From assembly GCA_964550955.1 (NCBI GenBank), contig CAZKAF010000001.1, positions 632,126-696,125 of the forward strand: a stretch of DNA of 64,000 nucleotides, given 5' to 3'. Below the pieces are notes generated by a model. That model was not told the DNA's origin. It saw nothing but the letters and a program-made list of their open reading frames with translations, and did no database searches. The position numbers and the translations under genes are program-made. Positions 9,424-19,290 of this stretch are shown piece by piece (position 1 is the first letter of the stretch; each line of letters starts with the position of its first letter). This DNA is from an uncultured Candidatus Saccharibacteria bacterium. GTDB taxonomy: Bacteria; Patescibacteriota; Minisyncoccia; Phycocordibacterales; CAIZLB01.

Positions 9424-9948
9424 ATGAATCTTTGGCATGACATTGCACCAGGCACGGCAGACGAAATGAACGTAATTATTGAAATCCCCAAAGGATCTAA
9501 AAATAAATACGAAATCGATAAGGAGACAGGCCTCATCGCGCTTGATCGAGCATCTTTTACTGGTCAAGATTTCCCTTTTGATTACGGCTTCGTTCCAAAA
9601 ACTCTCTGGGAAGACGGCGATGCGCTTGATGTAATCGTGCTTACGACGTATCCGCTCGCGCCCGGCATTCTCGTTCGAGTTCGACCCGTTGCGATCATGG
9701 ACATGGTAGACACGGGCGATTCCGATGCAAAAATAATTGCAGTGCCGATTGCAGATCCGCGATGGGCAAACGTCAAGGACTTGGCTGATGTTAATTCTCA
9801 TACGATCAAGGAAATCAAGCATTTCTACAGCACGTACAAGCAGCTCCAAAATAAAGTTGTCGAGGTCGGCGAAGTTAGCGGAGCAGACAAGGCAAAAGAA
9901 GCGTTTGAACGATCCCTCCAGATTTACAAGGACAAGTTCAATAAATAA
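9424..9948 (+). CDS. ppa: inorganic pyrophosphatase (family I)
   Basis: 174 aa. Motifs EIPKGSKNKYEID and DGDALDVIVL match family I PPase. Confidence 0.9.
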   Translation: MNLWHDIAPGTADEMNVIIEIPKGSKNKYEIDKETGLIALDRASFTGQDFPFDYGFVPKTLWEDGDALDVIVLTTYPLAPGILVRVRPVAIMDMVDTGDSDAKIIAVPIADPRWANVKDLADVNSHTIKEIKHFYSTYKQLQNKVVEVGEVSGADKAKEAFERSLQIYKDKFNK

Positions 9949-10020
9949 TTCACTGAAATAATTACTGGCGGAAGAATTTACAGAAATAATCGCGCAAGGC
10001 GCAAATAAAACGCAATACAT

Positions 10021-11085
10021 ATGGCATTCACTATCACAAAGCACGGACCGCTCGACGGAAACGAATACGAAATCGAGGGCGAAATCCGCGCGGACATCGT
10101 TACAAAATTTAGGGAAAAAGCTGTCGCTGACTTAAGCATGACTTCAAAGTTTGCAGGCTTTCGGCCAGGACATGTTCCGGAGAAAATCGTAGTTGACCGC
10201 TTCGGAGAGGTCGCGGTTACGGAAGAAGCAGGACGGCTGGCACTTGAAAATCACTACGGGGAAATCTTGGACAAGGCAATCGACAAGGCGAAAATCAAGC
10301 CGCTCGGCTCTCCTGCCGTGACGATTACAAAAGTGGCTCCGGGCGAGGCATTCGGTTTCAAGATCAAGACGGCGCTTATGCCTGAAGTTAAGATAAAAGA
10401 TTATTCAAAAGTGGCCAAGAAAGCGATGTCAGAAAAAGCTGACCTGAAAGTGACTGACAAGGAAGTTGACGATGCCGTCATCGATCTTCAGAAGCAGGTC
10501 GCGCACGCCGACTATCATCACGACAACCCCGATGATCACGGGCATGACCACGCGGACCTTCCCCTTCCGGAAGTAAATGAGGATTTCATCAAAAAGTTCG
10601 GTCCGTTTGAAACGATCGAGGCATTCAAGGAAAAAGTAACCGAGGGCGTGCTCGCGGAAAAGACTCGAAAAGAAAAGGAGAAGAAGCGGCTGACTATCAT
10701 GGAAGAGCTCATAAAGACAGCGGAGGTCAAGATGCCGAAGCTCCTTGTTGACTCCGAGCTCAGCCGAATGCTGAGCGAAATGAGCGCCAATATCTCTCAG
10801 ATGGGCCTCAACATCGAGACATACCTGAAGCATATCGGAAAAAACATTGACGAGCTCAAGAAGGACTGGCTTCCCGATGCCGAGAAGCGGGCAAAGACTC
10901 AGCTTATCTTGAATCAGATCGCGCTCGATGAAAAGATTACCGTATCCGAAGAAGAAATCAAAAAAGAAGTCGAGCAGATCATGGCAGCATACAAGGACGC
11001 CGATAAAACCCGGGCTGAGATTTATGTTGAGACAGTTCTACTGAATGAGAAGGTTTGGGCATGGCTGGAGGAGCAGGGCAAATAG
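10021..11085 (+). CDS. tig: trigger factor (short form, apparently lacking a full PPIase domain)
   Basis: Ribosome-binding signature GFRPGHVP (GFRxGxxP) in the N-terminal domain. Followed by clpP, matching the conserved tig-clpP order. Only 354 aa. Confidence 0.7.
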   Translation: MAFTITKHGPLDGNEYEIEGEIRADIVTKFREKAVADLSMTSKFAGFRPGHVPEKIVVDRFGEVAVTEEAGRLALENHYGEILDKAIDKAKIKPLGSPAVTITKVAPGEAFGFKIKTALMPEVKIKDYSKVAKKAMSEKADLKVTDKEVDDAVIDLQKQVAHADYHHDNPDDHGHDHADLPLPEVNEDFIKKFGPFETIEAFKEKVTEGVLAEKTRKEKEKKRLTIMEELIKTAEVKMPKLLVDSELSRMLSEMSANISQMGLNIETYLKHIGKNIDELKKDWLPDAEKRAKTQLILNQIALDEKITVSEEEIKKEVEQIMAAYKDADKTRAEIYVETVLLNEKVWAWLEEQGK

Positions 11086-11118
11086 AACCCCTTGCGCATA
11101 GCAAAAATGCTATATCGG

Positions 11119-11158
11119 AAAAAAACCGCATGTCGATTACGATGATGCGGTTTTTTTA
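11119..11158. terminator. bidirectional intrinsic terminator between tig (+) and rsmE (-)
   Basis: A7-ccgcat-loop-atgcgg-T7 hairpin flanked by an A-run and a T-run. Confidence 0.5.
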
Positions 11159-11189
11159 TTTTATTTGCGTGAGCGCTGATTGATTCAGA

Positions 11190-12164
11190 CTAGATGGCCT
11201 TCATCAAGGCAGCCGCGCTTATAGCCGCAGTTTCAGCCCGGAGCACATTCTCCCCTATCCTTATCTTTTGAATTTTTCGATCGTCAAAGAGTTTCATCTC
11301 GACATCCGACCATCCGCCTTCCGGGCCAATCAATATGCCGATTTTCCCCTTGAGATTCGGCTTAACTTTGCCGAAATCCGAACCATCCTGATGACACAAG
11401 AGCAACTTCCCGCCTTTTTCTTCTTGCATGAAATCCGAAATAGCCTGTTTTAGCTTTACCGGCTGGTGAATTTTTGGAATGGACACTCTGCCCGACTGTT
11501 CAGATGCTTCAATGGCAATTCTTTGCAAACGCTCAAGATTGACGTTCTTTTTAATAGTCCGATCGGATATAACCGGAATGATATGATCAACGCCAAGCTC
11601 GGTGGTCTTTTGAACGACCAAATCGAAGTTATCGCCCTTAATGATGCTCGCGAACAGCCAAAGTTCATTGTTGCTGCTATTGCCACCGTCATCAGCATCG
11701 ACAGATTCCGCCTCTTCAGCAGATTTTGCGGCCTTTTTTGTTTTTCCATATCGCATATTTGCTATATCACTTCCGGCTGCCTCTAAAACAGGCTTTTTCT
11801 TGTTACCAGCCTTGCGCTCTTTCCCCGCCTTTGCCTCAAACTTGCCTTTACCAACCTGTTCCGCGGGGCCAGAAGCCTTAGCCTTGGCAGAAGCCTTTCT
11901 CGGCGCTCGCTCGGCTTTTTTCAAGACCTCAAGAATGACAAGCTCTGCCCGGGTAGATGTCATGGATTCAATAATAGCCAGAGATTCGGTCTTGCTGTCA
12001 TCGAACATAATGACTTGGCTTCCGACCATATACCTGAACACGTCGCGCCACTGATGAATGAGCGGCTTGAACGTTTCATCATCAAGCGAGTCGAGAGAAA
12101 CCCGCTCTGACGGGCCTTTTTTAGCCAACCCCTTCCCTTTTATGTAAAATCTGTGCAATCTCAT
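11190..12164 (-). CDS. rsmE: 16S rRNA (uracil1498-N3)-methyltransferase RsmE with ~85-aa Lys/Ala-rich insertion
   Basis: N-terminal MRLHRFYI... PUA-like domain and C-terminal SPOUT motifs (GILIGPEGGWSDVE, IGENVLRAETAAISA). The true start is probably the internal Met, since the ORF-track start at 12218 adds 18 aa. Confidence 0.75.
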   Translation of the reverse strand: MRLHRFYIKGKGLAKKGPSERVSLDSLDDETFKPLIHQWRDVFRYMVGSQVIMFDDSKTESLAIIESMTSTRAELVILEVLKKAERAPRKASAKAKASGPAEQVGKGKFEAKAGKERKAGNKKKPVLEAAGSDIANMRYGKTKKAAKSAEEAESVDADDGGNSSNNELWLFASIIKGDNFDLVVQKTTELGVDHIIPVISDRTIKKNVNLERLQRIAIEASEQSGRVSIPKIHQPVKLKQAISDFMQEEKGGKLLLCHQDGSDFGKVKPNLKGKIGILIGPEGGWSDVEMKLFDDRKIQKIRIGENVLRAETAAISAAALMKAI

Positions 12165-12314
12165 ATATCTATAGTATAGTACGCATGAAAGGCTATCAGA
12201 ATACCTGAAAAACCACAAACTCTGCCCGTTTCAGCACTAAGCCTCGGAATTTTCAACAAAACATAACAAACCATTACAAGACCTTACTTTAAAAGCTTTT
12301 AAACTACTGAAACC

Positions 12315-12887
12315 ATGTTAATCCCTACCGTAATAGAAAAATCACAATTCGGCGAGCGAGCATACGACATTTATTCAAGACTTCTTCGAGATAACATCAT
12401 CTTTTTAGGCGGAGTCGTCGATGACAACGTTGCAAACATTGTCATCGCGCAGCTTCTTTTCTTGGAATCTGAGAATCCGAAGAAAGACATCCATCTTTAC
12501 GTCAATTCTCCCGGAGGAAATGTAAAAGACGGACTCGCCATCATTGACACCATGAACCATATAAAAAATGACGTATCGACTATTTGCGTTGGAATGGCTG
12601 CTTCTATGGGCGCGATGATTCTCTCTGCCGGGGCAAAAGGCAAGAGATTCGTGCTTCCAAACGCTGAGGTCATGATTCATCAACCGCTCGGAGGAGTTGA
12701 AGGACAAGCGACGGATATTGAAATCACGGCCAAGCACATACTTAAAACAAAAGAGGTTCTTGCCAAGATGCTTGCAAAGAACACGAGCCAAAGCCTATCG
12801 AAGGTAGAAAAAGATATGGACAGAGATTTCTACATGTCAGCTGACGAAGCAAAAAAATACGGCATTGTGGACAAAGTACTCTCATAA
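12315..12887 (+). CDS. clpP: ATP-dependent Clp protease proteolytic subunit
   Basis: 190 aa. Catalytic-triad context [15 protein letters not shown] and the [11 protein letters not shown]-terminal region. Confidence 0.95.
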   Translation: MLIPTVIEKSQFGERAYDIYSRLLRDNIIFLGGVVDDNVANIVIAQLLFLESENPKKDIHLYVNSPGGNVKDGLAIIDTMNHIKNDVSTICVGMAASMGAMILSAGAKGKRFVLPNAEVMIHQPLGGVEGQATDIEITAKHILKTKEVLAKMLAKNTSQSLSKVEKDMDRDFYMSADEAKKYGIVDKVLS

Positions 12888-12934
12888 AACACAGCCGGTT
12901 TCGGCAACAACCTTATAAATAAGCACAATCAATC

Positions 12935-14467
12935 ATGCTAACCGTACAAGCGGCTCTCATGCTCATGATTTTCGGAGTCGGCGTAGGCTTTGGAGCGGGA
13001 TATCTCATCAGAATACTGGTCGGGCTCAGCAAGAAGAACTCCATCGAACTCGATATCAAGAAAATGATGATGGAAGCCAAGGAAAAGGCCAAGGAGGTAA
13101 TTTTGGACGCGGAAAAGGAGGCGTCCGAAACATTAAGATCTTCGCGGGAAGAAACGAAGGAGCGAGAGGATCGGATACAGAGCAGCGAGGAGCATCTGCA
13201 TAAAAAAGAGCTGCATATCCAGGAACAGGAAAAAGACGTGCAAAAAGAAGCTGATGAGCTCAGGCTTCGCGCCTTGGAATTGAAGGATATTAAGGATAAC
13301 ATCGAGCAGAAAAGGCTTGAAATAGACCTTGCGCTGCAGGAAACTGCCGGCATGGACAAGGAAAAGGCGCTCGACAGGCTGCTTGAAACAGTTCAAAGGG
13401 AAAATGAAGAGGCGTTGCTATCAAGAATGCGAAAGCTCGATGCGTACAGCGAGGAAAAGATCGAGCAGAAAGCGAAGGAAACCTTAACATTGGCCATACA
13501 GCGGCTCGCGACATCTGTTCCGGCCGAACTGTTCACGACGCACGTATCAATAGAATCAGAGGACATAAAAGGCAAGATTATCGGAAAGGAAGGCCGAAAC
13601 ATAAAGACATTCGAGAAAATGACCGGGGTCGAGGTGCTCGTCGACGAAACCCAAGGTTCAATTACCCTTTCATGCTTTGACCCTATCCGTCGTCAAATTG
13701 CGCGAATCGCCCTTGAAAACCTCATACAAGACGGCCGCATCCAGCCGGCAAAGATAGAGAAAGAAATCGAACTGGCCGAGAAAGAAATTCAGAAAATTAT
13801 CAAGGCCGAAGGAGAGCGGGCCGTATACGATCTCGGCATAACGAACCTTGACCCGAAGCTCATGTTGATACTCGGCAGGCTCTATTTTCGAACAAGTTAC
13901 GGCCAGAACGTGCTGCAGCACTCGGTAGAATGCGCTCATCTGGCCGGAATGCTGGCTGAAGAGCTCGGAGCCAACGTGAACACGGCAAAAACAGCCGCCT
14001 TGGTCCACGACATCGGCAAGGCGCTTGACCACGAAGTGCAAGGAAGCCATGTCGAAATAGGGAGGAAGATCCTGCAAAAGTTTGACGTGCCGGAAGATGT
14101 CATTGTCGCCATGCAATCTCATCATGAAGAGTATCCGTACGAGTCCATCGAAGCCCGAATCGTGCAGACAGCTGACGCGATTTCAGGGGGAAGAACGGGG
14201 GCCAGGAAGGACAACATCGAGCAATACATCAAGAGGTTGACAGATTTGGAAGATATTGCGCTTTCTGAAAAAGGGGCGGAAAAGGCCTATGCCCTTCAGG
14301 CAGGGCGCGAATTAAGGGTTTTCGTGACGCCGAGAATCGTCTCGGATATCGATGCGAAAAATATGGCTATAAATATAGCTAAAAAGATAGAGCAGGAACT
14401 TAAGTACCCGGGCGAGATCAAAGTGACCGTCATACGCGAACTGAGAATTCATGAGCATGCAAGATAG
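12935..14467 (+). CDS. rny: ribonuclease Y
   Basis: N-terminal TM, a long coiled coil, a KH domain (GKIIGKEGRNIKTFE) and an HD domain (HSVECAHLAG...VHDIGK). Confidence 0.9.
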   Translation: MLTVQAALMLMIFGVGVGFGAGYLIRILVGLSKKNSIELDIKKMMMEAKEKAKEVILDAEKEASETLRSSREETKEREDRIQSSEEHLHKKELHIQEQEKDVQKEADELRLRALELKDIKDNIEQKRLEIDLALQETAGMDKEKALDRLLETVQRENEEALLSRMRKLDAYSEEKIEQKAKETLTLAIQRLATSVPAELFTTHVSIESEDIKGKIIGKEGRNIKTFEKMTGVEVLVDETQGSITLSCFDPIRRQIARIALENLIQDGRIQPAKIEKEIELAEKEIQKIIKAEGERAVYDLGITNLDPKLMLILGRLYFRTSYGQNVLQHSVECAHLAGMLAEELGANVNTAKTAALVHDIGKALDHEVQGSHVEIGRKILQKFDVPEDVIVAMQSHHEEYPYESIEARIVQTADAISGGRTGARKDNIEQYIKRLTDLEDIALSEKGAEKAYALQAGRELRVFVTPRIVSDIDAKNMAINIAKKIEQELKYPGEIKVTVIRELRIHEHAR

Positions 14468-14589
14468 GACTTTTTGCCCGAATTCCAAAATACCCAGCAA
14501 ACAGTTGCCTAAAATACACCTTCATATATAATTAGGGCCACGGAAAGATTGGTCGACCTTTAACAAGAAACAATTTACATTCATCCCAC

Positions 14590-14865
14590 ATGAACAAAGC
14601 AGCCATTGTTGAAAAAGTACACGAAGTACTCGGATCAACTAAAGTACAAGCAGAGCAGATCGTTGACACAGTATTCGACAACATCGTAGCTACCCTTAAA
14701 AAAGGTGACGAGGTTTCAATTGCTGGATTCGGCATCTTTTCTGCCAAGACTCGAGCAGCTCGAACAGCGCGAAACCCACGAACAGGAGAAATGGTCAAGG
14801 TTGCCGCTATGAAAGTTGCCAAGTTCCGAGCAGCTAAAGCGCTTAAAGACGCGGTCAACAAATAA
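14590..14865 (+). CDS. hup: DNA-binding protein HU
   Basis: 91 aa. MNKAAIVEKV...GFGIFSAKTRAARTARNPRTGE is a canonical HU/IHF arm. Confidence 0.9.
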   Translation: MNKAAIVEKVHEVLGSTKVQAEQIVDTVFDNIVATLKKGDEVSIAGFGIFSAKTRAARTARNPRTGEMVKVAAMKVAKFRAAKALKDAVNK

Positions 14866-14987
14866 CATTCTAATTCTTTAGATTGTATTTGCAGACATGC
14901 GCCCGCGCGTTTCGACGCATGCGAAACAGAGGATTCGGCATTAATCACCGATTCCCTTCCGCATAGGATAAATTGGTCTCACTTATC

Positions 14988-15026
14988 AAAATCCCCATCT
15001 CTTGCGAGTTGGGGATTTTGATTTTG
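14988..15026. terminator. bidirectional intrinsic terminator after hup
   Basis: A 10-bp perfect stem aaaatcccca/tggggatttt with T-rich flanks on both strands. Confidence 0.5.
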
Positions 15027-15116
15027 CTTGCCGCAATCAAGCAAATCGTAATTAACCTACTTTTTACTGGAACGATTCTTTCATCCTGCTTTTCTGAAGC
15101 GAATGCCTGTTTAGCA

Positions 15117-15950
15117 TCATTTATCAATATATAATTTCACCGCGTCCTTCAATAGACGAGGGTAGCGCTTGGTATCATCAAGAGATAAATTATTCTCTAA
15201 CATCTCAGTGCCCATGATCGTATCCGTCCATATCTTTTCCCCCTCAGTCCCCATCTGGCTTAACTTTTCAACAAAAAGCTTTCGATATTTCCTGATACCT
15301 CCGCCTGCATCCAGGTGAAACATTGATCCAAGGCTTGGCGACATATGCTCAGGCCTTTCGGGTTTGGCTTTCTGATATGCAAGTAGAGCCTCAATATCGC
15401 TTCCCCTTGGCGGTTCGCTATCAAACCATTTTTCCGTATCAGCTTCAAATTCCTCTTTCCTCTTATAGTAATCAAGGAGGGATTCTATTTCATCATTAAT
15501 AACTTTTTCTGATATTGGCATGCTTCTGATATGCTCGACAGCCTCATCCTCGAGGCCCGCTTTTTCCTTGAGGCCGCCTCTAAATTCAAGGGCATATTTT
15601 TTAGCCACATCTTTTGTGAGATGCGTTTGGTTGTCACCTGAATAATGTTCCAATATATTCTCTTCTGGAATTCCTTCTCTCTGTGCGGCAAGTTCAGAAT
15701 CTATATAAAGATAGGCGTCAATGTCACTACCTTCATGCGCTGTGCCTTTAACCATGGACCCGAACATGCAGAGAGAAAGCACCTCGGAATATTTTGCCTG
15801 CATTTCAGCCATTTCATCCTTTACCGCCCGAAGGCGTTCTTTTGAAAATTCTTCAGGAGAGAGAACGAACCGCTTTTCGGTCTCGTTTTTAGGACGATCC
15901 TTAGCCAAAGACTCAAGTTCTTCAGCAGTATATTCTTCAATCGACGCCAT
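15117..15950 (-). CDS. nucleotidyltransferase-domain protein (Pol-beta superfamily), function unknown
   Basis: GSMVKGTAHEGSDIDAY matches the GS-x9-Dx[DE] NTase motif. About 160-aa C-terminal region of unknown fold, and no partner gene. Confidence 0.45.
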   Translation of the reverse strand: MASIEEYTAEELESLAKDRPKNETEKRFVLSPEEFSKERLRAVKDEMAEMQAKYSEVLSLCMFGSMVKGTAHEGSDIDAYLYIDSELAAQREGIPEENILEHYSGDNQTHLTKDVAKKYALEFRGGLKEKAGLEDEAVEHIRSMPISEKVINDEIESLLDYYKRKEEFEADTEKWFDSEPPRGSDIEALLAYQKAKPERPEHMSPSLGSMFHLDAGGGIRKYRKLFVEKLSQMGTEGEKIWTDTIMGTEMLENNLSLDDTKRYPRLLKDAVKLYIDK

Positions 15951-16052
15951 TAGATTAAATTATACCTTGATATCACTTCTTAAAGGAGGTGCTCGATCTT
16001 AAGATCAGAAATCTGGCTCAAAATATAGAGCCTCAGCGCCTACCCCGCCTGT

Positions 16053-16123
16053 GCGGGATGAGAGAATCGAACTCTCACCCACAGTTTGGAAAACTGTTAT
16101 TCTACCATTAAACTAATCCCGCA
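16053..16123 (-). tRNA. tRNA-Gly (anticodon TCC)
   Basis: Folded by hand: 7-bp acceptor GCGGGAT/ATCCCGC, T-arm GAGAG-TTCGATT-CTCTC, anticodon stem ACAGT/ACTGT with loop TTTCCAA, 71 nt, no encoded CCA. Confidence 0.8.
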
Positions 16124-16246
16124 TATGTTGTTAGCCATGCCTGCGGAGCTTCATAAAGTGCATAAAGCAAAGGCGCGGCTGCCTGACCCAGACACTATAG
16201 CAGAGTCAGAAAACTCTATCAACTTTTCATATTTTGGTATATTGTA

Positions 16247-17515
16247 TTGGAAATGAAACATATAAACAGAAAACCTCTGCTTTTAGCCAGTGTTTTATGC
16301 CCAGTTTTAGCCCTCGGATTGCTCGCCGCAGCCAACCCCTCCTACCTGACAGCCCTGAACCCGGCTAATTTCCTTGCCGCCGTGTCATCGACCGCAAGCA
16401 AGACCGTGGACATATCCAGCCTTAAAATCAGGCAGAACAGCTTGAATGTCTTCAGCCTTTCCCCTCACCCGATATTCCAGCTCACGGCTCCGAACTTTTC
16501 TCATATCCCGCTCACTAAAAATCCGTATGTTCAGCCAAAAAAGCCCGTCGATATCCCTACGCTATTCAACAGCTTGCTGCCAAAGAGCAACGTTCCGACC
16601 GTATCAGTAGAAAAGACGATTGAAACAAAGCCTGCCGCCGTCCCAACGCCCCTAACTTCTCAAATACCTTTTCCGGCGCTCATCCAAAACCCGATAGCGG
16701 GCGGAGACACCCAAGGAATCATAAATATCCACTGCACGCAAAAGATAGGAAACCTCAGAAAAACTGTTACCGGAACCGGAATTCTCATAAACAATGACGG
16801 GACAATACTTACAAACGCTCATGTGGCGCAGTACCCGCTCGTTTCAGGCAAAGTCAGCACGGTTACATGCCTCGGAAGATCCGGGAAGGTTGCAAGCCAG
16901 GTATTGCCGCTTAAAACGGTCTTTATTTCCCCCACCTGGTCAGAACAGAATGCGCGATATATAAATACCGGCGGCACGCTTCAGACAGGGTCTTTGGACT
17001 ACGCATTGCTGAAAATCGACGCGAGAAATATGACTCAATTAGGCTTAAAGCCTGTCGATCTTTCCTTTGATTCGCCGAGAATCGGCTCCAGCATTCTGGC
17101 AAAAGCATACCCGGCCGACATCCTCGCGACCAACGCCAATGCTTCGCTCACGCTTGAAACGGAAGGATTAACTGTGAATCAGACAGATTCTCTGGGTCAC
17201 TCCGATAACAAAGTGCATATCATAGAGACATCGCCAAGCAGGCTTGCGCAGCGAGGCTCTTCAGGCGGCCTCATAAGCTCATTCGGCAATCAGATGATAG
17301 CGATGATTACAATAGTTCTCGAACCTCGTTCTCCGGGCCAAAATAGGACAATCAGAGCCATCACTCCGCATCACATCGATACCGACTTGCTTAAGTATGT
17401 TTCCGGCGGATTAGACGGCATCTCGCGAACAGGATCGCAGGTTCTCGAAACAAAATTCAACCAGGGCGAGAAGGCCAGGCTGATGAACCTGTTCGCACAA
17501 TACCTGAGCGTTTAA
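16247..17515 (+). CDS. secreted trypsin-like serine protease (S1/HtrA-like fold) with Pro-rich N-terminal region
   Basis: Signal peptide/TM at the N-terminus. GTGILINNDGTILTNAHV (His box) and RGSSGGLIS (GxSGG catalytic Ser). Confidence 0.6.
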   Translation: MEMKHINRKPLLLASVLCPVLALGLLAAANPSYLTALNPANFLAAVSSTASKTVDISSLKIRQNSLNVFSLSPHPIFQLTAPNFSHIPLTKNPYVQPKKPVDIPTLFNSLLPKSNVPTVSVEKTIETKPAAVPTPLTSQIPFPALIQNPIAGGDTQGIINIHCTQKIGNLRKTVTGTGILINNDGTILTNAHVAQYPLVSGKVSTVTCLGRSGKVASQVLPLKTVFISPTWSEQNARYINTGGTLQTGSLDYALLKIDARNMTQLGLKPVDLSFDSPRIGSSILAKAYPADILATNANASLTLETEGLTVNQTDSLGHSDNKVHIIETSPSRLAQRGSSGGLISSFGNQMIAMITIVLEPRSPGQNRTIRAITPHHIDTDLLKYVSGGLDGISRTGSQVLETKFNQGEKARLMNLFAQYLSV

Positions 17516-17615
17516 CAAGGTACCCAAACATGAATGTTTACCTAAGCCAATGTTTCACCTGAAACAGAAGTTTACTTAAGCGCCCTAAAATTAGTCAGCC
17601 AATTGGGTCAGAAGC

Positions 17616-17939
17616 CTACAACCTTATTCTTTTAATATAATCAGCTATAACCTTGGTTACCGTATCAATATCATCCGCATCTGCGAGCTTGTTTATCTTT
17701 TCATAACCGCATGTTTCGCATTTATGCAGGACTTTATATTTCCCCTCTTCCCCTTCAATCCTGACCGGCTTCATGAGGCCTCCGCAAGTCGAAAGCCTAT
17801 CGCCCGGGTTATTGTCCACATGCTTGCTATATAGACACTTCGGGCAATGATTCGTATATCCGTTTCCCTCAACAAAAAAACCGCATTTCTCGCACGTGAA
17901 ATCCTCTTTTGTCTTCTTGAATCGCTTGGCTTGCTCCAT
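17616..17939 (-). CDS. RNHCP-domain zinc-ribbon protein
   Basis: 107 aa. CEKCG...NHCPKC...CETCG arrangement with a literal RNHCP-like motif (TNHCPKC). Confidence 0.5.
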   Translation of the reverse strand: MEQAKRFKKTKEDFTCEKCGFFVEGNGYTNHCPKCLYSKHVDNNPGDRLSTCGGLMKPVRIEGEEGKYKVLHKCETCGYEKINKLADADDIDTVTKVIADYIKRIRL

Positions 17940-17971
17940 TCTGGCTCTTTTTAGACCGAAAGCTCTTTAAC

Positions 17972-18047
17972 TGGTCGGGGTGCCGGGATTCGAACCCGGA
18001 GTCACCTGTACCCAAAACAGGCATGTTAGCCGTTACACCACACCCCG
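17972..18047 (-). tRNA. tRNA-Pro (anticodon TGG), CCA encoded
   Basis: Acceptor CGGGGTG/CACCCCG, anticodon stem CCTGT/ACAGG with loop TTTGGGT (G37), T-arm CCGGG-TTCGAAT-CCCGG, 76 nt including the 3' CCA. The ORF 17869-18066 overlapping it is spurious. Confidence 0.85.
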
Positions 18048-18073
18048 ATACGTGAGAGCATAACATATGTTAT

Positions 18074-18670
18074 TCATGAAACCAAATCTTCGAAATGCCT
18101 AACTTTTATTGTTTTAACGGCTGAATCGTCCGCAAAGATGCGAACTGCGAATCCTTCAATTTTCACCTCGATTCCCCCGCCGTCATTTATCACAAGCGCC
18201 TCATGGCCCGGCCTCGCGTCATAATCAAGCAGATGCAGCAAAGGAAACGGGTATTTAGAGACGATTTCAGCGGCGATAGCCTTCAAGCGGGATATTTTCA
18301 ACTTAGTGAAGTTATTTTCAGGGCCAAATGCACCCGAAGCATCGTCAAATGTTTCATGAATAACATCCGCTCTCGGTCCGACTCTAATAAGACCAGTTTT
18401 CACCTCAATAATCCGAATAATGTTGTCTTTTAGAGCCAGAATATCAACTTCCCCTCTCTTGAATCGGATATTTCGGCCTATTACTCTGTAATTCTTCGTT
18501 TTTAGATGATATGCGGCGACAGATTCCCCGGCCTCGCCCAATGTCTTTGAACTAACCTTATTTCCAAGAAGCAACTCGTTTATTGACCCATTACCCTTTC
18601 CTTTTCTCGCCGATCGTATTGATACGACTTTCCTTGCAGCTTTTTTTCTCATCATGTTTGTGTCTCGCAT
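18074..18670 (-). CDS. YraN/UPF0102-family endonuclease-like protein with basic N-terminal and ~80-aa C-terminal extensions
   Basis: GEAGESVAAYHLKTKNYRVIGRNIRFKRGEVDILAL...IIRIIEVKT matches the YraN signature (GE..A..yL...GY.il.RN.r...GEIDli...vEVK). Confidence 0.6.
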   Translation of the reverse strand: MRDTNMMRKKAARKVVSIRSARKGKGNGSINELLLGNKVSSKTLGEAGESVAAYHLKTKNYRVIGRNIRFKRGEVDILALKDNIIRIIEVKTGLIRVGPRADVIHETFDDASGAFGPENNFTKLKISRLKAIAAEIVSKYPFPLLHLLDYDARPGHEALVINDGGGIEVKIEGFAVRIFADDSAVKTIKVRHFEDLVS

Positions 18671-19083
18671 GTTTTAGCTAGTAACGTTACACAAATAACA
18701 TTTCTAAATGATGCGAGCATAAAAAAGAAATAAAAACCGAAGATCCTGACAAAACTAAGCCTCGATTTTGCGGCTTTAAATAAGCTAATGAGCCCATGGT
18801 TTGTTACACGTGTACCAAAACATACAGAATAGTGCATGTTTCACGTGACACATATTTTAGGCATCCGAAAAAACCTTTATTTTACGTCTGTCTGTTAAAA
18901 TATGGCTATAAATATGACTCTAAGTACTAAAACGGCCCAAATAAAGGGTTTGCTCTAAGACAGGTAATTTTGTCTTTTATACACATATCCACCGAGTTAT
19001 CCACAGTTTTGTGAATGTATGGCTTTAATAAATAGCCTATCCGAAAAAATTATTGACCTGTCAGAAAAAGGATTTCTTACTAG

Positions 19084-19154
19084 TGCGGGTAGGGAGAATC
19101 GAACTCCCGTCTCGTCCTTGGCAAGGACGTATTCTACCACTAAACCATACCCGC
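19084..19154 (-). tRNA. tRNA-Gly (anticodon GCC)
   Basis: Acceptor GCGGGTA/TACCCGC, anticodon stem CGTCC/GGACG with loop TTGCCAA, T-arm GGGAG-TTCGATT-CTCCC, 71 nt. Confidence 0.85.
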
Positions 19155-19218
19155 ATTATTCTTTTATCAATGACGCGATTCAAAGAATGAATGATTCTTC
19201 GATGAAACCGTCATATTG

Positions 19219-19290
19219 TGCACCCACCAGGATTCGAACCTAGAATAACGGTTCCGAAGACCGTTGTGATATCCATTTCACCATGGGTGC
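19219..19290 (-). tRNA. tRNA-Arg (anticodon TCG)
   Basis: Acceptor GCACCCA/TGGGTGC, anticodon stem ACGGT/ACCGT with loop CTTCGGA, T-arm CTAGG-TTCGAAT-CCTGG, 72 nt. Confidence 0.8.

Noticed and set aside
9403-10044. 213-aa minus-strand ORF
   Set aside because: It fully overlaps the well-supported ppa gene on the opposite strand, and its translation has no recognisable features.
16053-16123. Initial reading of this tRNA as tRNA-Trp (CCA)
   Set aside because: Re-folding shows the only 5-bp anticodon stem is ACAGT/ACTGT, giving loop TTTCCAA and anticodon TCC (Gly). The CCA reading required a mispaired stem.
17869-18066. 65-aa ORF
   Set aside because: It overlaps tRNA-Pro(TGG) on the same strand.
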